Origin: a virus
Taxonomy: Duplodnaviria; Caudoviricetes
DNA length: 28,850 nt
Virus record (IMG/VR): IMGVR_UViG_3300032305_000626
Location: 1 to 28,850 of that record
Strand: one strand, 5' to 3'
In this document: piece by piece, positions 18,388 to 25,229 of the stretch
Layout of the letters: every line of letters starts with the position of its first letter
How positions within the stretch are numbered: position 1 is the stretch's first letter
Translations under genes and position numbers: made by a program
Notes under the pieces: model-generated
Told to the model about the DNA's origin: nothing
The model's input: only the letters and a program-made list of their open reading frames with translations
Databases searched by the model: none

Positions 18388-18567
18388 ATGGAATTACAAG
18401 AAATCATAAAACAAATCAAATTAAAGAAGAAGCACGGTTTAAACAAAATCGTTGCTCAAAAAACGGGTGTATCGTTACCCACAGTTAAAAAGTACTTGGA
18501 CGGTAATGTTATATCAGAAAAGGCGTTAATTGTTATTAAAACAGCATTAGAGGAGGTTAGCAAATGA
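18388..18567 (+). CDS. Small HTH DNA-binding protein (Cro-like)
   Basis: [22 protein letters not shown] helix-turn-helix; first gene after P1. Confidence 0.75.
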   Translation: MELQEIIKQIKLKKKHGLNKIVAQKTGVSLPTVKKYLDGNVISEKALIVIKTALEEVSK

Positions 18568-18568
18568 A
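18550..18568 (+). repeat. 19-bp direct repeat, left copy
   Basis: GAGGAGGTTAGCAAATGAA, identical to 19050-19068. Confidence 0.95.
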
Positions 18569-19067
18569 ACAAGAACAATTAAATGAAATATTGAATTTAC
18601 ACAAGAAGTGGTTAAATTCAGAAGTAGGAGGAAAACGTGCTTATTTGATATGTGCTGATTTGGAACGTGCTAATTTGAAAGGTGCTAATTTGATAGGTGC
18701 TAATTTGGAAGGTGCTAATTTGGAAGGTGCTGATTTGGAAGGTGCTAATTTGGAAGGTGCTGATTTGGAAGGTGCTAATTTGATAGGTGCTTATTTGAAA
18801 GGTGCTAATTTGAAAGGTGCTAATTTGATAGGTGCTTATTTGAAAGGTGCTAATAAAATACCTATTTTTTGCAAATGGTCTATCGGTATAACAGATGGTC
18901 AAATACATATTGGGTGTAAAAAGATGTCAATTGAAGATTGGGATGATTTTTTTGCATCAGATGAAGTATTTCAAACTGAAAGAAATACATATGAATTTAA
19001 TCAGATACAAGCGTGTTATAATGCTTACAAGGCGTATTTATTAACTTTGGAGGAGGTTAGCAAATGA
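18564..19067 (+). CDS. Pentapeptide repeat protein
   Basis: 14 A(N/D/Y)Lx(G/R)-type pentapeptides followed by a C-terminal IHIGCK...EDW domain. Confidence 0.9.
   Translation: MKQEQLNEILNLHKKWLNSEVGGKRAYLICADLERANLKGANLIGANLEGANLEGADLEGANLEGADLEGANLIGAYLKGANLKGANLIGAYLKGANKIPIFCKWSIGITDGQIHIGCKKMSIEDWDDFFASDEVFQTERNTYEFNQIQACYNAYKAYLLTLEEVSK
18636..18854 (+). repeat. 15-bp tandem coding repeat (about 14.5 units)
   Basis: Unit close to GGTGCTAATTTGGAA, nearly homogeneous at DNA level. Confidence 0.95.
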
Positions 19068-19068
19068 A
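19050..19068 (+). repeat. 19-bp direct repeat, right copy
   Basis: GAGGAGGTTAGCAAATGAA, 500 bp from left copy. Confidence 0.95.
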
Positions 19069-19159
19069 CGTATATACATATGCAGAATGGGGCGAAATTA
19101 TTTGCATTGGTTATGTTGTTGAAACAACAGATGGTTATATAATTAAATACTACAACTAA
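19064..19159 (+). CDS. Small hypothetical protein (31 aa, absent from ORF track)
   Basis: [31 protein letters not shown]; ATGA-coupled and fills the gap up to ATG 19161. Confidence 0.5.
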   Translation: MNVYTYAEWGEIICIGYVVETTDGYIIKYYN

Positions 19160-19160
19160 A

Positions 19161-19433
19161 ATGAGAATTGATTACACATTTCACGTAGAGTTAGAACACT
19201 TTGTGTTTACTACTACATTTGGAAAATACTATTATGATCGTGACGAAATCGAAACAACCGCTTACAAGCATTTTAAAGACGATTATCCTAATGAGTGTGT
19301 TGAAGATAGGTTAGAAGTACATAAATTATACGCACGTGATAGATTTGATGTGTTTAACGAATTAACACACACACACGACATTAACCCGAGATATATTGAA
19401 ATCGGAAAAAAAAGATACTATAAAATATATTGA
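19161..19433 (+). CDS. Hypothetical protein
   Basis: 90 aa ORF with A-rich start context. Confidence 0.6.
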   Translation: MRIDYTFHVELEHFVFTTTFGKYYYDRDEIETTAYKHFKDDYPNECVEDRLEVHKLYARDRFDVFNELTHTHDINPRYIEIGKKRYYKIY

Positions 19434-19460
19434 AATCGGAAACAAAATATACTACATAAA
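19391..19460 (+). repeat. Imperfect 34-36 bp tandem duplication
   Basis: ATATATTGAAATCGGAAA at 19391 and 19425, each followed by A-run/ATACTA/TAAA. Confidence 0.85.
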
Positions 19461-19997
19461 ATGAAAACAAGTGAAAAAATTACCAATTTGACAAAAGCAA
19501 TGTTTGCGTTTCAGTCAAAAGTTAGTGCAGTTAAGAAATCTGCTAACAACCCACATTTTAAATCAAAGTACGCTGACCTTTCGGCTATTCTTGAAGTGAT
19601 TAATCCTATCTTAATTGAGTGCGGATTATTTGTAACTCAACACCCAAATGAAGATAGTTTAGTAACAACCGTTTACCACGCTGAAAGTGGCGAATGGATG
19701 CAAAGCAACCAAGTACTTCGTATGAAAGATGAAAACAACCCACAGCAACAAGGTAGCGCAATTACATACGCCCGTCGTTATGCACTTGCATCAATTTTTA
19801 ACCTTAACCAAGAGGACGATGACGCAAATAGCGCAACTGGTTACAAAGTAGAAGCAGTAAAAGAGCAACTAACACCCAAGCACCCATTGTTTAAAAAGGC
19901 GGTTGAACACTTGGAAAAAGGCGGTAACATTAAGGACATTGAAAGCAAATACGTTTTAACCGACGAAGCACGTACAATGTTAGAAGCGATTAAGTGA
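19461..19997 (+). CDS. ERF-family single-strand annealing protein
   Basis: NPHFKSKYADL and GSAITYARRYALASIFNLNQEDDDA signature. Confidence 0.9.
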   Translation: MKTSEKITNLTKAMFAFQSKVSAVKKSANNPHFKSKYADLSAILEVINPILIECGLFVTQHPNEDSLVTTVYHAESGEWMQSNQVLRMKDENNPQQQGSAITYARRYALASIFNLNQEDDDANSATGYKVEAVKEQLTPKHPLFKKAVEHLEKGGNIKDIESKYVLTDEARTMLEAIK

Positions 19998-20020
19998 ATG
20001 ATTAGTAAAGGTAGTAAATT

Positions 20021-20644
20021 ATGGAAATAATAATCACACACAGCGAAGATAACTGGTTAGATGCACGTAAAGGGAAATTTACGGCTTCGGAAATCCACAA
20101 ACTACTTGGTAAAGGTAATCCATTATCAAAGACAGCAGAAACATTTGTTTACGAAAAATGCGCTGAATTATTAACGGGGGAAAGTAAACCAATTTATTCC
20201 CCCGCTATTGATTGGGGTAAACAACACGAAGCCGAAGCGTTTGAATACTTTTCTAAAATAACTTTTGAACCGTTCACGTATTATGGTGGGCAAAGTTACG
20301 TTTTTATACCATATGGAGACCATAGCGGATATTCGCCCGATGGATTAGGTGAAAGTGCCATTCTTGAAATTAAATGCCCGTATAATAGTGCTATTCATCT
20401 AAAAAATTTCAGCATATACGATGCAGATAGTTTAAAGAGCATACACCCCGAATACTACTGGCAAGTACAACTCGGAATGATTGCAACCAATTTAGACAAA
20501 GCGTACTTTGTTAGTTATGATCCACGTATGCCACAGGGTAAACGCATACACGTTGCGGAGATTGAAAGACATTTAGTTCAAGATGAAATAGACGAGAAAC
20601 TATCTCACGCAGTTGAGTTGCTTAATTCTGTCATCTCATTGTAA
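20021..20644 (+). CDS. YqaJ/lambda exonuclease-family recombination nuclease
   Basis: WLDARKGKFTASE, SPDGL, LEIKCP, YYWQVQ motifs. Confidence 0.9.
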   Translation: MEIIITHSEDNWLDARKGKFTASEIHKLLGKGNPLSKTAETFVYEKCAELLTGESKPIYSPAIDWGKQHEAEAFEYFSKITFEPFTYYGGQSYVFIPYGDHSGYSPDGLGESAILEIKCPYNSAIHLKNFSIYDADSLKSIHPEYYWQVQLGMIATNLDKAYFVSYDPRMPQGKRIHVAEIERHLVQDEIDEKLSHAVELLNSVISL

Positions 20645-20658
20645 TAAAGTAAAATAAT

Positions 20659-20689
20659 TTTGTAATATTAAAAGATAATTGTATCTTTG
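20659..20689 (+). promoter_or_regulatory. Bacteroidota housekeeping-sigma promoter (P2)
   Basis: TTTG 20659-20662, 19-nt spacer, TATCTTTG 20682-20689; ATG at 20694. Confidence 0.85.
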
Positions 20690-20693
20690 AATC

Positions 20694-20900
20694 ATGGAAA
20701 TATCATTTGTATTCGCAGTATTAGTAACAGTAGTTTACGTACTCATTAATTTCTTTTGGTGGTTAATTAAAACGCACCCAGTTAACGAGGTTGAACCATA
20801 TAAAGAACAGGAGCGTCCTTACGTTGATCCGAAAGTATTTAACGATGTAATGAAGCATCAACAACAACAACGTGTTAAAATGTATAAGGGGAAAATATAA
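20694..20900 (+). CDS. Small single-TM membrane protein
   Basis: Hydrophobic N-terminal ~25 aa; first gene after P2. Confidence 0.65.
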   Translation: MEISFVFAVLVTVVYVLINFFWWLIKTHPVNEVEPYKEQERPYVDPKVFNDVMKHQQQQRVKMYKGKI

Positions 20901-20901
20901 T

Positions 20902-21243
20902 ATGCCGTGCGAAAGTTGTTATAATGTAAAACAAGAAAGATATTCAAATGATGGAACAGAATATCGTGAAGTAATTGTTGAAAACAAAATAGATAAAAGA
21001 TTAATTGAGCAACTAAAAAAAGAAAATCAATTTTTAGAGGCTGGATTATGCGCTGTTATTCGTGAATTGGATAAACGTAAAATATCGAAAGAAATTATTG
21101 AAGAAGCGAATAAAAACGGTATTATTGATTTAAATTTATTTTGGTGTAAACATAGTATTGATGACGAGGTTAGAATATCTAATGTATTAAAGAATTTTTC
21201 ACAACACGAAAAGGAAATAATTAAAGATTTATTAAATAGATGA
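20902..21243 (+). CDS. Hypothetical protein
   Basis: ATG at 20902 (MPCESC...), coiled coil, ATGA overlap downstream. Confidence 0.6.
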   Translation: MPCESCYNVKQERYSNDGTEYREVIVENKIDKRLIEQLKKENQFLEAGLCAVIRELDKRKISKEIIEEANKNGIIDLNLFWCKHSIDDEVRISNVLKNFSQHEKEIIKDLLNR

Positions 21244-21452
21244 AACAACAAACGGCAGTGGAGTGGTTGGTAGAGCAACTACCATTAATTCAACAAGAGG
21301 GGTTAAGGGATGTTATTGAACAAGCCAAAGAAATGGAGAAGGAGCAGATAATTAAAGCACATAGTATTCAATTTGATTATTCATATAGCCAAATTGATCC
21401 TAAAAAAATAACTGGAGAACAATACTACAACAAAACATACGGAGGTAACTAA
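21240..21452 (+). CDS. Hypothetical protein (QTAVEWL-type small phage protein)
   Basis: QTAVEWL...QAKEMEKEQI...EQYYNKTY pattern familiar from Bacteroidota phages. Confidence 0.65.
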   Translation: MKQQTAVEWLVEQLPLIQQEGLRDVIEQAKEMEKEQIIKAHSIQFDYSYSQIDPKKITGEQYYNKTYGGN

Positions 21453-21673
21453 TGAAACAAGTAATAACACCAAGTCAATACGCAAACGATTTGCTTATTT
21501 CAATGACAAAAGACGAATCCATTAAATTTGTTCACGAGGTAATGACGTTGTATGAAAAAACACATATTTTGCACAGTCACTTTGACGGAGATACCTTAAA
21601 CCAAATAACAGCAGAAGAGTATTTTAACGAGGTTATTAAATGTATTGGAATAAAGACGAAGACAGATATTTGA
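21452..21673 (+). CDS. Hypothetical protein
   Basis: 73 aa, TAATG overlap with upstream gene. Confidence 0.55.
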   Translation: MKQVITPSQYANDLLISMTKDESIKFVHEVMTLYEKTHILHSHFDGDTLNQITAEEYFNEVIKCIGIKTKTDI

Positions 21674-22137
21674 TGCAAAACTATCAAAAGCAAAGCATAG
21701 ATGAATTATGCGGTGCATTGAATAGAACAAAACATTCAGTTAGATGGCGTTTGCACTATTTGGGTTTAGTAAATGTTAAACGATGGACTGCAAAGGAAAT
21801 TGAATACCTTACAAAGAATTACGCTAAAACTAAAAACGAAGATTTAGCTAAAAAGTTAGGTCGTACACGATTAGCAATAGTAGACAAGGCGTGTAAATTA
21901 CGACTTGAAAAGGATGAAGCGTTTTTATATGACTTGCATAAACGACCAAATAGTGGGCAATTTGTTAAAGGATATAAAACGTGGAATAAAGGAATGAAAT
22001 TTGAAAACCCACCTTTTTGTTCATCTTGGTTTAAGAAAGGTCATCAAACTTGGAACAAGATTCCAGTTGATTTAAGAGAGTTAGTAGTAACATTAAGAAG
22101 ATTAAAAAGGAAGTTAAGCAATAAGAAATTAAACTAA
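21640..22137 (+). CDS. Putative DNA-binding protein with two Myb/HTH-like repeats and FxKG repeats
   Basis: WNKDEDRYL and WTAKEIEYL repeats, then GQFVKGYKTWNKG and WFKKGHQTWNK. Confidence 0.65.
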   Translation: MYWNKDEDRYLMQNYQKQSIDELCGALNRTKHSVRWRLHYLGLVNVKRWTAKEIEYLTKNYAKTKNEDLAKKLGRTRLAIVDKACKLRLEKDEAFLYDLHKRPNSGQFVKGYKTWNKGMKFENPPFCSSWFKKGHQTWNKIPVDLRELVVTLRRLKRKLSNKKLN

Positions 22138-22343
22138 TGAACTCAGCACAATTAACCAAAGAAAAGGCAAGAGAATTGCTTCAAATGTATATCCGAAATC
22201 ACAACGGTATATTACCTATTTACGATGCTAATATTTCAATTAGAAGTGAAGTGGATAATCAATTCACAATATCTGAATATACATTTAGATATTTGTTACA
22301 AGTTGCCTACGATTTAACACCAATTAAACTAACAGGATTATGA
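22137..22343 (+). CDS. Hypothetical protein
   Basis: 68 aa, overlapping stop/start on both sides. Confidence 0.55.
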   Translation: MNSAQLTKEKARELLQMYIRNHNGILPIYDANISIRSEVDNQFTISEYTFRYLLQVAYDLTPIKLTGL

Positions 22344-22492
22344 AAAACCATCTTAAAACAATAATTACATTAATCATATTTATTGGACTGGCTTCTTTAA
22401 TAGTATTATATCCAATTATATTAGTGATTTGCCTAATTTTTATATCGTATATATGGATTTACGATTTTTTTAATGGAGGGATTAATTTATGA
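22340..22492 (+). CDS. Very hydrophobic 50-aa membrane protein (absent from ORF track)
   Basis: MKNHLKTIITLIIFIGLASLIVLYPIILVICLIFISYIWIYDFFNGGINL; ATGA overlaps at both ends. Confidence 0.6.
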   Translation: MKNHLKTIITLIIFIGLASLIVLYPIILVICLIFISYIWIYDFFNGGINL

Positions 22493-22707
22493 AAAACAAA
22501 ATACAAGATTTACGCAACCATCTATTCGAGCAAATAGAGCGTTTAAGCGACGACGAATTAAATTTAGATAACGAGGTTAAGAAAGCACGTGCAATGGCAG
22601 AAATTGCTTCACAGATAGTTGAAACGGCACGTGTTGAAGTCCAATATATTCGTGCTATTGGTACAACTCAAAAAAGTGATTTTATACGTTTGGAAAGTCA
22701 AAACTAA
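22489..22707 (+). CDS. Conserved hypothetical phage protein (DLRNHLF..ERL type)
   Basis: MKNKIQDLRNHLFEQIERL...ARAMAEIASQIVETA pattern. Confidence 0.7.
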   Translation: MKNKIQDLRNHLFEQIERLSDDELNLDNEVKKARAMAEIASQIVETARVEVQYIRAIGTTQKSDFIRLESQN

Positions 22708-22719
22708 TTAGTATATTTG
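22689..22719 (+). promoter_or_regulatory. Bacteroidota housekeeping-sigma promoter for the replication operon (P3)
   Basis: TTTG 22689-22692, 19-nt spacer, TATATTTG 22712-22719. Confidence 0.8.
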
Positions 22720-22731
22720 TATAGTATTAAC

Positions 22732-22814
22732 GAATCGGGCAGGATTCAAAAAGAACTTTATACCCTCTTTGGGTTTTGTGGACTGCCCTCTGCAAAATTC
22801 ATTGAGGGTTTTTT
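22732..22814 (+). ncRNA. Candidate cis-regulatory leader RNA: two hairpins with complementary loops, ending in a U tract
   Basis: GAATC-[GGGCAG]-GATTC and a 19-pair stem (4 G-U, one 2x2 U mismatch) closing loop CTGCCC; T6 at 22809-22814; ATG at 22819. Confidence 0.7.
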
Positions 22815-22818
22815 ATTT

Positions 22819-23418
22819 ATGCAAGAATTAGGAAAGTACGTTATTATTTATACTGATATGTTAGAAAAACTAACATACAGACAAGCCATATTGTTTGGAG
22901 TATTAAACGGAATGGCAGTAAAAGAAAGTTATTGTTACGCACGTAATAAAACACTATCAAAGATATTGAATTGTAGTGAAGATAGCATACAACGTGATTT
23001 AAACGTTTTGCAGAAATTAAAATACATTCACCGTGAAATTGAACGCAATGATAAAATGGAAGTAGTGTCAAGAAAAATCTATACCCTCACCGCTACTTTG
23101 CACCTACCCCTCACCGCTGAATTGCGGATACCCTCACCGCTGAATTGCGACAACAATAAGAATAATAATAATAATATAAATAATAATAGAGGGGATAAAC
23201 GCCAACACACCAAATTTGTTATTCCAACAATAGAAGAAATACAAAATGAGTTTCCTAAATTAGATGCACAAAGATTTCACGATTTCTACACCGCAAAAGG
23301 ATGGATGATTGGTAAAAACAAAATGAAAGACTGGAAAGCAACTGCACGAAATTGGTTGAGAACAGATAAAAAAGAAACTACTACACAAGGTTATAAAAAA
23401 CTACAATTAGATGATTGA
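22819..23418 (+). CDS. Phage replication initiator / replisome organiser
   Basis: N-terminal wHTH (CYARNKTLSKILNCSEDSIQRDL), internal iterons, C-terminal FYTAKGWMIGKNKMKDWKATARNW; precedes DnaB. Start placed at ATG 22819, not TTG 22717. Confidence 0.8.
   Translation: MQELGKYVIIYTDMLEKLTYRQAILFGVLNGMAVKESYCYARNKTLSKILNCSEDSIQRDLNVLQKLKYIHREIERNDKMEVVSRKIYTLTATLHLPLTAELRIPSPLNCDNNKNNNNNINNNRGDKRQHTKFVIPTIEEIQNEFPKLDAQRFHDFYTAKGWMIGKNKMKDWKATARNWLRTDKKETTTQGYKKLQLDD
23081..23190 (+). repeat. Probable replication origin: three iterons plus AT-rich tract
   Basis: CCCTCACCGCT at 23084, 23108 and 23131 (last two extend to GAATTGCG), followed by an AAT-rich run. Confidence 0.8.
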
Positions 23419-24628
23419 GATAAATATAGTAGCATCGTTGATGCAGAGCGACTATGCAAAGGCATTTCTTGGTAAAACAGATCCTTTATGGTTTAGCGGT
23501 TTTAACCAACACATTGTACGTGCTTTAAAAGATATGTATTATTCAGCGCAACCAATTTCAGTAAATGCGTTGTTTAAGATATTCCCACAACAAGCATACG
23601 AATTAAGTCAAATCTATTCGGCTATCAGTTCCGACAAAAGCATTGAAAGCGATTTGCTGATATTGGAATTTGAATACAAGAAAAAGCAATTAATGAATGA
23701 CTTAATGCAGATTGACGAAAAGAAATCACTTGCAGAAATTCAAAGCGTGTTAACTGAAAGTTTAGAAAAAAGCAGAATAAGCGTTTTAGACCGTTCATTT
23801 ACAATTACCCAAGTTTCGGGGGAAGTATTGGATAGAATAGCGGACGCAGTTAATAGAGGCGATAATTTACAAGGCATAAGCACTGGTTGGAAATACCTTG
23901 ATAAATTTATGGGCGGTTACCATAAAGGGAATTTAATAATTGTTGGTGGAAGACCTGGAATGGGTAAATCTGCACTTGGGTTAAGTTTATCGGTTGACTG
24001 TTGCAAGTGGGCAAATGTTTTATTCTACACGATTGAAATGAGTAAAGAGGAATTAGCGCAAAGGTATATCAGTTATTTCAGTAATGTTGAGAACTACAAG
24101 ATCCGTAACGCTTCAATCACATTAGCACAGATAGAAGATATGAGCAACACTATGTATTCATTAGATAAAGATTTTCACATTATTGATAGCACAAATAGAC
24201 ACATAGACCATATTTCAGCACAAATAAGATTGCACAAGGTTAAATACGGCTTAAACATTGCTATAATTGATTATTTGCAGTTAATTGATGGTAACGCAAA
24301 GAGTAGATATGAAATCGTTTCAGAAGCATCTAAACGGCTAAAACAATTAGCAAAGGAGTTAGGGATAACAGTTATCGCACTGGCACAGTTAAAGCGTGAG
24401 GAAAAGGCAAGTGATAAACCAAGTTTAAGCGACTTAAAAGAAAGCGGACAACTTGAACAAGATGCAGACGTTGTATTGTTTCCATTTAGACCGAGTTACT
24501 ATTTAGAAGACAAACCTGAAATAGAAATGGATAGCGAATTAATTATTGCCAAGAATAGGCACGGACAATGCGGAAGTATTCCGATGGCATTTGAAGGTAA
24601 ATTTACACGATATAAAGAGATATTATGA
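23411..24628 (+). CDS. dnaB: Replicative DnaB-like helicase
   Basis: Walker A GGRPGMGKS, IIDYLQL, LAQL, DLKESGQLEQDAD, IAKNRHG. Confidence 0.95.
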   Translation: MIEINIVASLMQSDYAKAFLGKTDPLWFSGFNQHIVRALKDMYYSAQPISVNALFKIFPQQAYELSQIYSAISSDKSIESDLLILEFEYKKKQLMNDLMQIDEKKSLAEIQSVLTESLEKSRISVLDRSFTITQVSGEVLDRIADAVNRGDNLQGISTGWKYLDKFMGGYHKGNLIIVGGRPGMGKSALGLSLSVDCCKWANVLFYTIEMSKEELAQRYISYFSNVENYKIRNASITLAQIEDMSNTMYSLDKDFHIIDSTNRHIDHISAQIRLHKVKYGLNIAIIDYLQLIDGNAKSRYEIVSEASKRLKQLAKELGITVIALAQLKREEKASDKPSLSDLKESGQLEQDADVVLFPFRPSYYLEDKPEIEMDSELIIAKNRHGQCGSIPMAFEGKFTRYKEIL

Positions 24629-25086
24629 TACAACAAAAAGACTACGTTAAAGAAGCGATTGAGTTAAAGATAAAACTAACACGCTCAAAGCAAAAATACG
24701 AGCACAAAATTGCATCCCTTGAAAGAGAGATTGAACAATTAAGACACGAAATCAAACATCCCTTTAAGCCGTTAATGGTAGATGCTAAATTAGAGGACTT
24801 GTTGATTATTGTTTCCAACGAGTGTGAAATACCTGCTTCAACAATTCTTTGTAAAAGCCGAACACGTGAGTACGCAATAGCACGACAGATATTTTGTTTT
24901 ATCGCTACACGTCATTTAGGATATAAATTAGAACGTGTTGGGTTATTTCTAAACAGACACCATTCAACTATCATTCACGGAGCAAATCGGATAAACGATG
25001 CGATTGATTTGAAATTTAACCCCGAACTTCGTATATATGAAAACTGTATGTCAGAATTACGTGCTATGTCTTCGCAGGGGAATTGA
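24625..25086 (+). CDS. Coiled-coil protein with DnaA C-terminal (domain IV-like) HTH
   Basis: SRTREYAIARQIFCFIA...LERVGLFLNRHHSTIIHG matches the DnaA domain IV pattern. Confidence 0.8.
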   Translation: MIQQKDYVKEAIELKIKLTRSKQKYEHKIASLEREIEQLRHEIKHPFKPLMVDAKLEDLLIIVSNECEIPASTILCKSRTREYAIARQIFCFIATRHLGYKLERVGLFLNRHHSTIIHGANRINDAIDLKFNPELRIYENCMSELRAMSSQGN

Positions 25087-25186
25087 GTATGTACATTGGA
25101 TTACTGAAACAGAAAAAGAAATGATGTATTACTGCAAAAAGTATATGAAATCGGGATGGATAGTTTATTCGATAGATATTGTTTAA
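25037..25186 (+). CDS. Small hypothetical protein (49 aa, absent from ORF track)
   Basis: MKTVCQNYVLCLRRGIEYVHWITETEKEMMYYCKKYMKSGWIVYSIDIV; fills gap after the DnaA-C gene. Confidence 0.45.
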   Translation: MKTVCQNYVLCLRRGIEYVHWITETEKEMMYYCKKYMKSGWIVYSIDIV

Positions 25187-25217
25187 ATAATGTTAATAAA
25201 TACACAAATAATCAAAA

Positions 25218-25225
25218 TAAATTTG
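25218..25225 (+). promoter_or_regulatory. Bacteroidota -7 element lacking a consensus -33 (P4)
   Basis: TAAATTTG, same as the -7 of P5; no TTTG 19 nt upstream. Confidence 0.5.
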
Positions 25226-25229
25226 ATGT

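Noticed and set aside
18636-18854. Possible CRISPR array
   Set aside because: Contiguous 15-bp coding repeats with no unique spacers; no cas genes.
18618-18908. Minus-strand ORF with ISTFQ repeats
   Set aside because: Antisense shadow of the pentapeptide array.
15778-20901. Track start positions 15778, 17118, 17776, 18382 and 20872
   Set aside because: They create long overlaps or fall in promoter boxes; downstream ATGs (15838, 17241, 17791, 18388, 20902) fit better.
22717-22818. 34-aa N-terminal extension of the initiator from TTG 22717
   Set aside because: The TTG is part of the promoter -7 box and the region is better explained as a structured leader.
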